Source: an uncultured delta proteobacterium
Lineage (GTDB): Bacteria; Desulfobacterota; Syntrophobacteria; Syntrophobacterales; Syntrophobacteraceae
DNA length: 64,000 nt
Assembly (NCBI GenBank): GCA_963808625.1
Contig: CAWEHK010000008.1
Coordinates: forward strand, 64,001 to 128,000
Direction of reading: 5' to 3'
This document shows positions 45,205 through 58,343 of this stretch, in pieces. The notes beneath the pieces were generated by a model. It was not told where the DNA came from. It made no database searches and worked only from the letters and a program-made list of their open reading frames with translations. Numbering within the stretch: position 1 is the first letter of the stretch; each line of letters opens with the position of its first letter. Made by a program: the position numbers and the translations under genes.

Positions 45205-47391
45205 CTATTTTCCTGATTCAGGGCGGGAAATACCCTGATCGCCGGGACCTCTCAGGGGGGCGATGAGCGTAATCCGGGTACCCTTTCCAGGCTGCGAGTC
45301 AACGTTGAGAGAGCCGCCAACGTATTTCAAACGTTCCCTGATGCTGAAGAGGCCAAAACCCTGATTCTTGCCCCACCATGAGGACATCTGCGCCGGCTCG
45401 AACCCGATGCCGTCATCCTCAACAACCACCAGGATCTTGTCGCCATCGCGTTTGGTCGAAATCTCCACATGCCTGGCCCGAGCGTGTTTGACGACGTTGA
45501 CCAGGAGTTCGTTGGCGGCTTGAAACAGCAGCACACGGATGTCGTCATCGAGGAGCTTGGGATGTCCGTCATCCCGGTAGCGGGACGACAGGGAATGCTG
45601 CTTTTCCATCTTTTCGGCAAGCCATTCGAGGGCAGCCTCCAGACCGAGTTCATAGAGAAGGGGAGAGCTGATCTCAAAAATCAGGGACCGTGTTTCCTGA
45701 ATCGCCTGTTCGAGGAGATGGCGTATGTCGTCAATACACTGGTCCTGACCCGCCGCTGACAGCGTCTCCTTGAGCACACCCAACTTCACTTTCGAAACCG
45801 CCAGCGTCTGGCCAACCCGGTCGTGCAAATCCGTCGCAATGCGCCGCCGTTCTCGTTCTTCGGCCAGAGATAAGGAGGAAGCCAATGAGCGGAGCTGTTC
45901 CTGATAGCCAAGCAACTGAACCTGAGCCTGTTTCTGTTCCGTGACGTCCCTCATCACCCCATGCAGAGATCGCCTGCCGCCTCCCTCTTCGTGCACCATC
46001 AGCGCCTCGTCATGGATGTGGAGCATGCGGCCATCGCTGGAAAAAATACGGTACTCAGCCTGAAATCCACCGGCCCCTCGGTCGGGACCGCTCTTGAGAA
46101 ACCCATCGAGTGCCCGCAGACGATCTTCGGGATGGATCTGTCTTAGCCAGAGCAGCGGGTCGGCGATCCATGCTTCGGGCGAGAAACCGAGAATGGATTG
46201 GACTTGGGGGCTGATATAGAGGGTGCTCCTCGCCTCATCGGGCCTGGCAATGTAGGCGATTACGGGAAGTTGTTCTACGAGGGTGCGGTATTTGGTCTCT
46301 GCCTGAGACAGTTGCGTGGCCTGCTGTTCCAAGGCTTCGGCCATCTCGTCAAAGGTGCGGGCCAGTTGGTCCAACTCACCCGCGCCCGCGTTCAGGCCCG
46401 TTCGCGCCTTCATGTCACCGCTTGACAGGCGCCTGGCAGCATTCACCAGGGCCCTCACCCGGCGCAAAATGAGGACATCGCCCCCGAACCAGACGGCCAG
46501 CAGCGCCAGGACCGTGATCAGAGCCAGGCCTGCCAGGTGCCGCGCCAGGGTCAGGTTCGCCTCACTGTAGGCAATGGTGGTAGGAATTCCAATACCAACG
46601 TAAAGGCCCGTTTCCACAGTGCTCCGCAGCGGTGTGAAGGCGTAGAGGCGCTCCCGCCCATCAAGCCCCGGAAGCTCGACGATATCCTGGCCTTTGTTCA
46701 GGATCGTGCTGACCAGGGGCGGTTCCCGCAGGGTTTTTCCAACCCATTTCTCCGGATCGGGCAGATAGGCCAGAACGTTTCCTTTGGTGTCAATCATGAT
46801 GAATTCGGTTTCGTCGGGCATCTGGACTTCGCCGGTGAGCTGGTTGAGCTGCTCCAAATCCAGGGCCGCAAAGGCTACTGCGCCAATCTTTCCCGATCCA
46901 TCCATCACCGGATAGCTCAGGTTGAGTGCCGCCCTGCCCGCGGTATACTCGTCATGACCCGCAGCGATCACGAGAGCGCGACTTTCGATGGTCTGTTGAA
47001 ACCATGGCAGATCTTTGAAGCTCGCCGACTCTGGTATGGGCGAAGCAAGACAAATGGGCTCACCGTCCAGACGAACCACACCCATGTTGGCATATCGCGA
47101 ATATTCCCTGAACATTTCGGCAAAATGCCGGCTGCAAAGGAGAGGGTCCTGGTCCTGGACACCGGGATGCCTGGCCAAAGCTACCAGGAGCTGTCTGGTC
47201 CCTTCGATCAGCTGTTCCTGAAATGCTGAAGCAGACCCGGCAAACTGCTGCACGTCTCCTTCCACCATGGAGATCGCGAAATTCCTCTCTTCCATGTAGC
47301 TGTAGAGCGTCAACCCGAACATCGGCAGGATGGCAAGGACGATCAAAAGGCCTAAGCGGACGCGCAGGCTCGACAATCTCATATATCTCAT
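45205..47391 (-). CDS. Sensor histidine kinase (Cache-HAMP-PAS-HisKA_3-HATPase)
   Basis: ERRRIATDLHD, NVVKHA, DDGIGF, GFGL. Confidence 0.93.
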   Translation of the reverse strand: MRYMRLSSLRVRLGLLIVLAILPMFGLTLYSYMEERNFAISMVEGDVQQFAGSASAFQEQLIEGTRQLLVALARHPGVQDQDPLLCSRHFAEMFREYSRYANMGVVRLDGEPICLASPIPESASFKDLPWFQQTIESRALVIAAGHDEYTAGRAALNLSYPVMDGSGKIGAVAFAALDLEQLNQLTGEVQMPDETEFIMIDTKGNVLAYLPDPEKWVGKTLREPPLVSTILNKGQDIVELPGLDGRERLYAFTPLRSTVETGLYVGIGIPTTIAYSEANLTLARHLAGLALITVLALLAVWFGGDVLILRRVRALVNAARRLSSGDMKARTGLNAGAGELDQLARTFDEMAEALEQQATQLSQAETKYRTLVEQLPVIAYIARPDEARSTLYISPQVQSILGFSPEAWIADPLLWLRQIHPEDRLRALDGFLKSGPDRGAGGFQAEYRIFSSDGRMLHIHDEALMVHEEGGGRRSLHGVMRDVTEQKQAQVQLLGYQEQLRSLASSLSLAEERERRRIATDLHDRVGQTLAVSKVKLGVLKETLSAAGQDQCIDDIRHLLEQAIQETRSLIFEISSPLLYELGLEAALEWLAEKMEKQHSLSSRYRDDGHPKLLDDDIRVLLFQAANELLVNVVKHARARHVEISTKRDGDKILVVVEDDGIGFEPAQMSSWWGKNQGFGLFSIRERLKYVGGSLNVDSQPGKGTRITLIAPLRGPGDQGISRPESGK

Positions 47392-47575
47392 AATCCTCCT
47401 CTCTTCTCTTCACTCCCCCCGCGCCGCCCTCTCAGAGCCGCCATTCATTTCAGGTTTTGAATTAAAGGGATGAATTGGAGTATAGTGCATCGTTTCCAAA
47501 AGTGCCAGATGGCCGCCGAGACGGCCAGACTCGCTGACAATTTTTACCGCCAGGTCAAGGAAGGGAGAAGAGCAG

Positions 47576-48151
47576 ATGAAGGTCATCGCCTTTAACGGCA
47601 GCGCCCGCAAAGACGGCAACACCGCGGTCCTCATCCGAACGGTTTTCAATGAGCTGGAAAAGGAAGGGATTGAAACCGAGCTTTTCCAGTTCGCCGGGAA
47701 AAAGATTCAGGGCTGCATAGCCTGCTTCAAATGCTTCCAGAATAAGGACCGGCGGTGTTCCCAAAAGAAGGATGTGGTGAATGAATGCATCGAAAAGATG
47801 ATGGAGGCGGAAGGGATTATCCTCGGATCGCCCACCTACTTCGCGGACGTTTCCTCAGAGCTGAAAGCCCTGATCGATCGCGCCGGGCTGGTGGCCAAAG
47901 CGAACGCTGACATGTTCCGGCGCAAAGTCGGCGCCGCGGTCGTGGCGGTGCGCCGCGGCGGTGCCATCCACGCCTTCGATTCCATCAACCACTTCTTCTT
48001 CATTGGTCAGATGATCGTGCCGGGCTCAAGCTATTGGAACATGGGAATCGGCCTGGATAAAGGCGCGGTTGAACAGGACGCCGAAGGCCTGCAGACCATG
48101 CAGATCCTCGGCCAGAATATGGCCTGGCTGCTCAAGAAAATTCACGCGTAG
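47576..48151 (+). CDS. Iron-sulfur flavoprotein (flavodoxin family)
   Basis: GSARKDGNT, CIACFKC..C, GSPTYF. Confidence 0.9.
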   Translation: MKVIAFNGSARKDGNTAVLIRTVFNELEKEGIETELFQFAGKKIQGCIACFKCFQNKDRRCSQKKDVVNECIEKMMEAEGIILGSPTYFADVSSELKALIDRAGLVAKANADMFRRKVGAAVVAVRRGGAIHAFDSINHFFFIGQMIVPGSSYWNMGIGLDKGAVEQDAEGLQTMQILGQNMAWLLKKIHA

Positions 48152-48330
48152 GCACCAGTTCGCCCCCGACCGCACACGGTGCTCAAAACCACGCCGCATG
48201 CGCAGTCGTTCGCATGCCTTCGTGGGAGAAACCGCACCGTTGTCGGTGAGAACCGCCGGTGCTAAGACATTCGTATGCCCTCGTCGGAGAAACAAGTTGA
48301 GAATGAGTGCAGCGGTTTTTGAAGTGACTC

Positions 48331-51300
48331 TTAATCATTGTCAGCAATCGTGACCACCGCACTGGCCGTCGATCCCACGATGTACGTTGTGGTGTCGGAC
48401 AGTTTGATGATAACGGTTTCTGCTCCCTCAGTGACGGCGTCATCAATGGGGGTAATGAAGACATTTACGGAAGCGGCTCCGGCGGCGATGGTGGCCGCTG
48501 CAGTCCGTTTCACGTAGTCTACACCGTTGGTCGCCGTACCTCCGAGTGTGTATTCGATCCTGAGAGCCAGATCCAGTAGCACCCGTTCGGGTAATGGTGA
48601 ACTTACCGGCTTTGGGACCCGTTTCCGAGGCCTTGGGGATCGCTGCCTTGACGGTTACGGTCGGAAGGTTGTTGCCCAGAATGGTAACCGTCTTACTGCT
48701 GCCTGCCCCGATCCGGTAGGCGCTATCCTCGTCAAGGGCAAGAACGACGGTCTTGTTGTCCAGCCTTTCCGTGTTTGCCAGAGCGGTTATCACGATATCG
48801 ACAGTGGATGATCCCTTGGGAATCACCGCGGTGCCGGAGAGTGGCGTATAATCGAGGCCGGATTGGGCCGTACCGCTGTCGGAGCTGTACCGAACCGTCA
48901 GCGCGGTACTGGTGGCTCCGTCCCGTTTGATCCTGATCCTTCCCGTATTATCCGGCGCTGCGGCAATGGCATCCGGAACGGACATCGTTACCACCGGTAA
49001 GTCATCATCCTTGATCGCTATCGTAGCATTATCGGGCGAACCCAGTTTGTACTGGCTGCTGCTCTGGAGCGTAGCCCTGACCGTCCGGCTCCCCTTGTAG
49101 GTCCCGTCATCGATGGGTATCACCTCGATGCTTGCCGAAGATGAGCCCGCCTCGATCGCTACGGAACCGGAAAGGGTCTGATAATCGGTACCGTTTTTCG
49201 CCGTTCCACCGAGCGCATAATTGGCGGTGAGGGGTGGAGAGGTTGTCCCCATGCGCGTGACAATGAATTGCCCGGTGGTAGTGCCCGCCTCAGTAATGCT
49301 GGCAGTGCTGGATTTGATCGTAAGAACAGGCAAATCATTGTCGACAATGGTAACCCTGGCAATGTTCGACTCACCAATACTATACGCGGCGGCATTGGGA
49401 GTAAGCGTGAGCTCCACCGTCTCATCATTTTCGGTTTCACTGTCGTCGATGGCTGTCACCTTGATCAGTTGCCGAAGATGCTCCGATCGGGATAGTCACG
49501 GACCCGAGAAGGGTTTTGTAATCCTTACCGGCTGTTGCCGTGCCCCCGATGCTGTACTTGACAATGAGCGCGGCTTTGGTGATCCCCGTCCGGGAGACCG
49601 TGAAGGTGGCCGTGTCCGTGCCGGGTTCGGAAGCCGTATCGTCTGTTGCAGCAACGGTAACCGTAGGCAAGTCATTATCGCCAATAACGATGGTGGCACT
49701 CTTTGCCGTTCCCAAGGTATACGCAGTGTCAGGGGAAAGCGTGATGATAACGCTTTCATCCCCTTCGTACTCGGCATCGTCGATCGGATTCACATCGATC
49801 GTGATCGATGCCTGGCCTGCAGGGATAGTTATCGTTCCGGGCAAGACCTCATAATCAATCTCATTGGTTGCGGTACCGGTTACCGTGTATGCTACGATCA
49901 AATCCGAATGGGTATTGCCTGCTCGCGAGACCCTGAACTGTCCCACCGTTCCCGGTTCAGCGGCGTTACGGCCGAGATAAACGGATACCACCGGGTATTC
50001 GTCATCTACAATGATGACAGCCGCCTCATTTGGTGATCCAACGTAATAGGATGCACTCTCTGCAAGAGTCAAGACAACCGATTTGTCGGCATCCACGGTT
50101 TTATTGTCCAATGGCACGACCGGAACATCCACGGAAGATGCATCGGCCGGGATAATCACAGTCCCGGAGAGAGCCACGTAATTCGAACCGGGAACTGCGG
50201 TGCCGCTCATGCCATACTTCACGGTCAGCGGCGCACCGGTTTCTCCAGTCCGGAAAATGGTGAAGGTGCCCGTATCGGTTCCAGGCTCGGAAGCGAAATC
50301 ATCCGTTGCAACGACACTGACCTTTGGCCATTCGTCGTCGCGAATGCTGATGGCAGCATTGCCGGGAGGTGCGATATTGATGAAGGAATCAGGCGTCAGG
50401 TTCAGGATCACCGTTCTGGTTCCTTTCGCCAATTGATCATTGATGGGAGCAACTGGAATATCTATGGAAGCAGCGCCCGTTGGTAGGGTTACTGTGCCGT
50501 TGAGCGTTGCGTCATAGTCGACACCAGTGACGGCCGTACCGGTAACGCTGTAAGCCACCGTTAACGGCAAGGCCGTACTCCCCAGGCGACTGATCGTGAA
50601 AACACCGACATCGGTGCCGTTTTCATCGATGATACTTGGCAAGGCCGAGATGCTGATCGTGGGAAGATCATTATCATGAATGGTGACTGTTCCACTGCCA
50701 GGTGAACCGACCGTGTAGAGGCTGTTTGCCGAGATCGCCACTTTAACCGTTTCATCCCCTTCATATATGCTGTCATCGTAGGGTACGACGTTGATCTTTG
50801 CCGATGCGGAACCGGCGGAGATGGTCACGCTACCGTTAAGTTTCTGATATCTCACCCCGTTACTGGCTGAACCGCCGATTGCATAACGCACAAGCAATGA
50901 CCCACTGGTCGTGCCGTTTCGGAAAATCGTGAAGGTCCCGTTCTTGGGGCCGGTCTCAGAGGCATTATCATCGGTTGCTTCAATCGTAATGGTTGGCAAA
51001 TCATTATCGTTAATGAGTATACTGGCACTGTATGGGGCACCGACTTTGTACCAATCGTTGGGCAGAATGGTCAGGAGAACGGTTTCTCGATCTTCAGGCA
51101 GAGCATCATCGATAGGCGTAATTTGAATGAGCGCTGAAGATGAACCGCTCGGGATCGTCACACTGCCGGAAAGCAAGTTGTAATCATCGCCATTGGCAGC
51201 GGTCCCGGTTGCCTTGTAGTATACGGTCAGCGGGCCGGTGATGTCTCCCACCCGGGAGACCTTAAATTCGCCAGGGTCCGAGTCGGTCTCGGACGCTCGG

Positions 51301-54300
51301 TTGTCAGTGTAGACGATAGTCACCGTGGGCAGGTCGTCATCCGTAATGGTGACGGTGGCGCTGCTGGACGAACCGATGGTATAAGACTCACTTGGCGAAA
51401 TCGTGAGGACGACCGTCTCCGGGCCCTCCAGTTTCATGTCATCGATGGGTTTGACCAGGATGTCTGCGGAAGAGGCACCGGCGGCGATGGTCACCGTCCC
51501 GGAAAGCGTGGCATAATCGGTACCGTTCGTCGCCGTACCACCAATGCTGTAGGAGATGGTCAGCAACGCGGTCGTGACTCCCGTTCGAGAGACAGTAAAC
51601 TGGCCCTGGTCTGCTGGTTCAGCGGCCTTGGGGTCACTGGCGGTGATCGTGACTACCGAACGATCATCATCAGCAATGGTTACGGTCGCTGTGTTTTGCG
51701 CGCCGATCTTGTAGGCGGCATCAGCGGAAAGGGTAAAAATAACTATTTCCTGGCCCTCATATTCTTCGTCCTGAAGCGGAGTGATCACGACATTGAAACT
51801 GGAAGAACCAGCGGGAATCGTCACCGGGCTGGTTATCAGCGAATAATCGGTCCCATTCGTTGCGGTCCCGCTGAGAGCGTAGCCCACAGCTAATGGCTTT
51901 GTCGTGCTTCCCGAACGATACACCGTGAGCAGGCCTGTGTCAGGCCCCTTTTCAGAGGCGTTAGGATCGGTTGCGATAATCGTCACGATCGGACGCGTGT
52001 CGTCGGCAATGGTAACCGTAGCGCTCGCGGGAGTTCCCGCATTGTACGCAGCAGTGCCGAAAACACTAAGGACAACCGTTTCATCTCCCTCCAGAAGATC
52101 ATCATCGATCGGCGTCAGACTGACAGTTGCCGAAGGTGAGCCGGCCGGGATGACAAGAGACCCTGGAAGGGCGATATAATCGGTCCCGCTTGTTGCGGTA
52201 CCACTGAGAGTGTAGGTTACGGTCAATGCGGAGGTCGTAATTCCGCTTCGAGAGACCGTGAATTCCCCTGAATTTGGTCCCATTTCAGAAGCACTGGGAT
52301 TGGTAGCAGCAATCGTCACCACAGGCAGATCATTGTCTTTGATCGTGACCGTTGCGCTGCTGGCTGACCCCGTTTGATATGAGGGGTTACTCACCAGACT
52401 TAGTATTACCGTCTCGTCCCCCTCATATTCCATGTCTTCGATTGGCTGCACCGTGACCGTTACCGAGGAAAAACCGGCAGGAATAGTGACGGGACTGAGG
52501 GAAGCACTATAATCGACGCCATTAGTCGCCGTACCGCTGAAGGAAAAATAAACCGTGAGCGGTGAACTGGTCGACCCGGTACGAGAGAGCGTAAATTGGC
52601 CGATATCGGGGCTCGTTTCTGAGGCGTTCGCATCGTTTGCGGCAACGCTCACGACAGGCAGATCGTTGTCAGTAATGGTGACGGTTGCGGTGCCTGGCGA
52701 ACCAATATTGTACAGACTACTGGCCGCAAGGCTGAGAATAACCGTCTCATTACCATCAAACACCGTGTCATCAACAGGCGTTACCGTGATCACTGCCGCA
52801 GAGGCACCAGTCGCAATGGTTACACTGCCCGAAAGGAGCGAATAGTCAGCACCATTGGTGGCTGTGCCGCTTACGGTGTAGTTCACCACCAAGGTAGAAC
52901 TGGTAATGCCGCTACGGGTGAGTTGAAATTCCCCCTTTTGCGCTCCCGATTCCGAGATGATGGGCTTGGTCGCCGCTACTGTGACGGTTGGCAGGTCATT
53001 GTCGGTAATGGTAACGGTTGCACTGGCGGGAGAACCTACGGTGTAAGAGGGGCTTGGCGAGAGGGTCAGCACCACCGTTTCCGCCCCCTCATATTCGTCA
53101 TCATCAACGGGTGTCACGGTAATTACCGTAGAAGATGCACCAGCCGGTATCGTGACCGAACCTGGAAGTCTCGCACAGTCAGTGCCATTGGTGGCAGTGC
53201 CACTGATGGCATAATTCACGGTGAGTGGATTCGCGGTGTTCTCTGTCCGGTAGATGGTAAATCGACCGGGATCCCGCTCGGATTCATAAGCGGTGGAGTC
53301 GGTAGCTGCTATCGTTACCACCGGCAAATCGTTGTCCACAATGGTAATGGTGGCACTGCCGAAGGGACCGACGGTGTATGAGGCATCCGAGGCAAGGGTA
53401 AAGACAACGGTTTCATCCCCCTCGTATTGCGTGTCATTCATGGGGGTTACAAAAATGTTGGCAGTCGCGGTCCCGGCCGGAATGGTCAAGGTGCCCGAGA
53501 GCAGTCCGTAATCGACGCCGTTCGTGGCGTTACCACCAACGGTATAATTCACCGTCAGTGCCAAATTGGTTGGACCGCTACGGGAGATGGCAAACTGAGC
53601 CGATCCCGGGCCTGCTTCGGGAACACTGGCAACGATTGCGGTAACATTCACGGTAGGCAAGTCGTCGTCGACAATGGTGGCGGTCGCACTCACTGCGGAG
53701 CCGAGCGTGTAGGGAGCTCCGGAAGAAAGTGTCACGATGACGGTCTCGTCTCCTTCACATTGCAGATCATCGACGGGTACAATCGAAATGTCAGCAAGAG
53801 CAGCGCCTGCAGGGATCGTAATCGTGCCCGGAAGCAATCCATAATCGACGCCATTTGTGGCGGTGCCACCAACGGTATAGTTTACCGTCAGGTCCGAGGT
53901 GGTAATTCCGGTGCGTGAGACGGTCAGTCGAGCTGATCCCGGGTTTTTTTCCGGGACCGTCGCGGCCGACGTGGCAATCGTCACGGTAGGCAAATCGTTG
54001 TCGACAATTAACGCAGAAGCAGCGATTGCACCGCCAAGGTTATACGAAGAAGAGGATTTGAGCGTCAAGACGACCCACTCGTAGCCCTCATATTCAGAAT
54101 CATCGATAGGCTGTACCAGGATCACGGCCGAAGATGCGGCAGCGGGAATGGTCACCGAACCGGTGAGTGTCTGGTAATCTGTGCTGTTGGTGGCGGTCCC
54201 GCCGATCGTGTAGTCGATGATCAAGGGAGAAGTGGTTATCCCCGTGCGGGAAACGAGGAATTGAGCCGACCCCGAGCTCTGTTCAGGAACACTCGGAACC

Positions 54301-57150
54301 AAAGTCGTGATACTCACAGTCGGCAAATCATCATCAAGCAGGGCAACCACCGCGGTGCTCGGAGAGCCAATATCGTAGAGTGCGCCAGGGGCGAGCGTCA
54401 GCTGGATAGTCTCCAGACCTTCATAGTCCCCATCGTCGGTGGGCGTGATGGAAATCACTGCCGAGGTAGCACCCGACGGGATCGTAACCGTTCCCGGCAG
54501 CGTCGTGTAATCGAGTCCATTCGCCGCGGTCCCGCTGATTGTGTATTCAACGGTAAGAGGAACATCTCTGGCAGTGGAGGAATAAACCGTGAATTGTCCC
54601 TTATCCACACCCGTTTCGGAGGCCGTCGCATCGGTCGCGACGATGGTCATGAGAGGTCTTGTCACCGTGATGTAGGCATTCCTGGTCAGAGTGTCGGTCC
54701 CGCCGGGTCCTCCCACGGTTAGAGCCACACTGTAGCTGCCGGGGGTAGTGTAGGTATGGCTTGGATTGCGGACCGTACTCGAATTTCCGTCTCCATAGTC
54801 CCAAGTCCAGCTGGAAATGGTCCCTTCGGAAGTGTCGGTAAACTTGACTGCCAGGGGAAACACCCCGCTGGTTGGACTGGCGCTGAAATTTGCCAGCAGG
54901 GTATTGATCTTTAATACGAAGGCGTCTGAGCCTCCGGCGTTAGAGCCCATGAATGCGCTTGCGGTGAACGGAAAGTCCAGGGATGACGTCTTCCCGGTCA
55001 CGAACACATTACCGTTGGTCCCGGTGGCAATGCCGTAGCCGAAGTCGGCTCCACTGCCCCCAAGATAGGAAGAATAACCCAGTTTGTCTCCGGCAGCATT
55101 GATCCTCACCGCAAAGGCATCCGAACTTCCTCCGCCAAAGCCCGTTTGGACCGCCTTCAGGGTGGGGAAATTCCCCGAGGTCCTGCCGGTGACGTAAATA
55201 TTACCGCTGCCGTCCAAGGCAAGACCATAACCCACGTCACTGCCGCCGCCCCCAAGAAAGGTGGAATACGACAGGGTATCGCCCTGGGGCCCGAGCTTTG
55301 TGATGAAGACATCCGCATCACCACCGCCATAGGTGCTCTGCAGAGCATTGGCGACAGGAAAGTTGGAAGAGGAGGTCTTGCCGGTCAGGTAGGCATTGAA
55401 AGCGCTGTCGACGGTTATGCCGCGACCAAAATCGGCACCACTTCCGCCCAGATAGGTAGAGTAACTCGCATAACCGGATGCACTGTCAATTTTGACGACA
55501 AATGCGTCGAGGTCCCCACCGCGATAGGTAGTTTGAAATCCACCGACAATGGGAAAGTCCGTAGAAGCGGTTTCTCCGACTACGTAGATGTTTCCGCTGC
55601 TATCCAGGGCAATCCCATAACCGGCGTCATCGTTGCTTCCCCCAATAAAAGTCGAATAAGCAATGGTATTTCCGACCGTCCCCAAGTGCACGACGAAAGC
55701 GTCAGAATATCCGCCGCCATACTTGTTCTGAAAAGCGCTCCCTACGATTGGAAAGTCGGAAGATGAAGTCTCTCCGGTGATATAAGCCTGACCATTTCGG
55801 TCTACCGCGATACCCAGGCCAAGGTCATTCTGGCTTCCCCCGAGATAGGTCGAGTAAACCAGGGCAGTCCCTGCAGCATTGAGCTTGAGCACGAAAGCAT
55901 CGGTTAAACCGACGCTGCTGAGAGCCACCGAGTAGGCGCTGACGGTGGGGAAGTTGGGGGAGGTGGTCTCACCGGTCACGTAGGCGCAGCCAGACGTATC
56001 GACAGCGATGCCGTAAGCGGCCTCGCTGTCATTGCCGCCAACGTAGGTGGAATAAATGAGGGCTGTTCCATCAGCGTTGATTTTTGTAATGAAGACGTCC
56101 GAATCCCCACCCGCATAGAAGCTGCCTGACACGGGCTTGGTCGGAAAACTTGTGGAGGAGGTCCTGCCGGTGACGTAAGCATTGCTTTGGGCGTCAACCG
56201 CAATGGCGTTGCCGGTATCGCTTCCAAGGCCACCCAGATAGGTGGAATAACTCAGCACCGGGTCGATAATGATGGGATAGTTCTTGTCATAGGCCGCCAC
56301 TTCAAAGCCAAAGACAAACTCCTGCTCCTCCCGTGAAGCGTGCTGAGGCCAGGTTTCAATCCTAAACTTTCCTTCGATGTCGAAGCGTTTTCCATTGATC
56401 TCCTGATAGACGATCGGCTTCTTATGAATGAGTGTACCGCCGTCAGGCAACTGCAGAAGCAGATCGCCCTCTTTGCTGATTTCAAGACCCGCAACGCCTT
56501 TGTAGCCGAACTTGACCGGGGAAAGATCGGCGCCGGGTTTGACGATAATGTCGTATTCGAGTCTCCGATCGGAGCCGTAAAACTTGAGATCAACTCCGGG
56601 ATAAGCTTCGGAATACAGGACCGAACGGTAAGTCGGAATATCGGTGCGCCATTTCCCGGGATCCTTTCCAATAAGGTAATTTACCTTACCCTGCTGTTGC
56701 TCCTGAGCAATGACCCTGGCACCTTTTTGAATGCCGACCGGGAAGAGTCGCACCACTGAAATTTCGGCGCTTTCCTTATGGTGTCTCGTCTTGAAATCCG
56801 CGGCGGGTCCTCTGCTGGAGTCGAACTTCGTGGATACCGGCAAGGCCGCTTGCAGCTTTTTCAAAGCTGAACACTATTTCTTCTTCCGCAAAGAAGATGG
56901 TATGTCCTGAGGCCTTTTCGTAATACTTCACCCTTTCGTCGAATTGTCCTTCATTCTTGACAAAGTACAGCGGAAGCTGGCCGTGGGTTTTGATTTGCGG
57001 TGTCTTCTCAACCTCATTGGGCATCGCCATACTCAGCCGCAGGAACACGAAAATGCAGAAAATGGCAACTGCCAGCGCCATGAGAGATCTGCATGGTGAC
57101 TGTCTTCGCAATGAATCAACCTCCAACAGGCATTTCCTGGACGCTTTCAT
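48331..57150 (-). CDS. Giant surface protein: SBBP propeller, PKD and ~19 Calx-beta repeats; three frameshifts
   Basis: F.KNEGQ, IIDPVLSYSTYLGG, about 7 STY.GG repeats, W.WDYGDG PKD, repeated GTATNG.DY...I.DND units across four ORF pieces. Confidence 0.9.
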
Positions 57151-57445
57151 TTTGCCCGTCTCCTCTGATTGTGATTTGCATGAATCGGAGCTGCCCAAAT
57201 AGACGTCTATCATAGATTGATGGATCTTAATTTCCGGGAATAGGTATCATATCTGCGGGACTTCTGTCCATCCCTGATTGAATTAAGCCGCAGGCAACAG
57301 ATTTGGTTATTGAAATATGTCTGACCCGACCTCCTGCCGGGTATTGTTCCGCAAACTCCGAGCTTCCTCTCTCCCTTATCTTTCAGAACATCATCCATAG
57401 CCCTTTACACAGCTCCGTAGAATAAAGTCACCATTATCCTCGGTC

Positions 57446-57514
57446 GTCACTCCCGCATTTGAGCGGTGGGAATCCAGAGAAAAAGCCTGGATGTCCGCCT
57501 TCGCGGGTATGACG
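57446..57514. repeat. REP-like doublet
   Basis: CGTCACTCCC..GGGAATCCAG / CTGGATGTCCGC..GCGGGTATGACG. Confidence 0.7.
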
Positions 57515-57589
57515 CGAGGAGACCGGACAATCATTTACGCGGCACGGTAATCATTGTGCTTGAAAGTGATGGAAAGGTGGTTTCCGTCT

Positions 57590-58234
57590 TTACTTCTTTG
57601 GATATCCCACCGACTGGGCAAGGATGATCTTTTGCTCCGGCTTTAATTTCATCTCTTTTGCCAGGGCGTCGCGGTCGATATTCGCCCGCACCACCGTTGC
57701 CAGGCCTTCCGATGCGCAGTAGAGGTAGACATTCTGGCCGATGAAGCCGGTGTCGGCGCCCACCAGAAGGTTCTGGTCCGTTCCCCCACCGCTGACTTTG
57801 GAATAATCGGCCACATACACGAGATTGACCGCGGCATCCTTGACATAAGCCTGACCGCCGGTCATGGCCCGGACGTCCTTCGTCAAAATCGGGCTCAGCG
57901 TATTCTTCTGGGCGTCCCAAAGGAAAAGGCCGTCAGGCGTTGCGACATAGATATCAATCTCCTGCCAGTTTTTTGCCGATGGGGCGGTTCTCCTGCCGTC
58001 CGGTCGATTGATGCCAAAGGCCGCCCAGAGGAGATTCGAAAGGGTTTGCGGCGAAAGCTTTTCGTCGCTGAACGAGCGGTTGGTCATGCGCTCCTTCAAG
58101 GCCTGCATCAGGGGTTTTCCCCCTTCCATCCGGGGGCTTGGAAGTTGAATGGGATCAGCGGCATAGCTGGGCAGGGTGCAAAGAGAAACAACCGCCACGA
58201 CGAGGCTGACGCATACCATTGACTTCACCTTCAT
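57590..58234 (-). CDS. Exported nitroreductase-family protein
   Basis: Signal peptide; LSNLLWAA.G, RTAPSA.N, QNVYL, Q.VGYP. Confidence 0.88.
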   Translation of the reverse strand: MKVKSMVCVSLVVAVVSLCTLPSYAADPIQLPSPRMEGGKPLMQALKERMTNRSFSDEKLSPQTLSNLLWAAFGINRPDGRRTAPSAKNWQEIDIYVATPDGLFLWDAQKNTLSPILTKDVRAMTGGQAYVKDAAVNLVYVADYSKVSGGGTDQNLLVGADTGFIGQNVYLYCASEGLATVVRANIDRDALAKEMKLKPEQKIILAQSVGYPKK

Positions 58235-58343
58235 GGGAGTCCTCCGATCACTAAATCATGAAAAGTCTTGGAGCCGGAATCATCTACTTGCCGCAGAAGC
58301 GGGCCTTCTCCTCCACGTGCTTCTTAAGCAATGCAACGGAGTC

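Noticed and set aside
48331..57150. Phase variation of the adhesin by frameshift
   Set aside because: No long homopolymer or SSR at the breaks; same indel pattern as in housekeeping-type genes
57150..57400. c-di-GMP riboswitch upstream of the adhesin
   Set aside because: Consensus GCAAA/GNRA two-stem architecture not found
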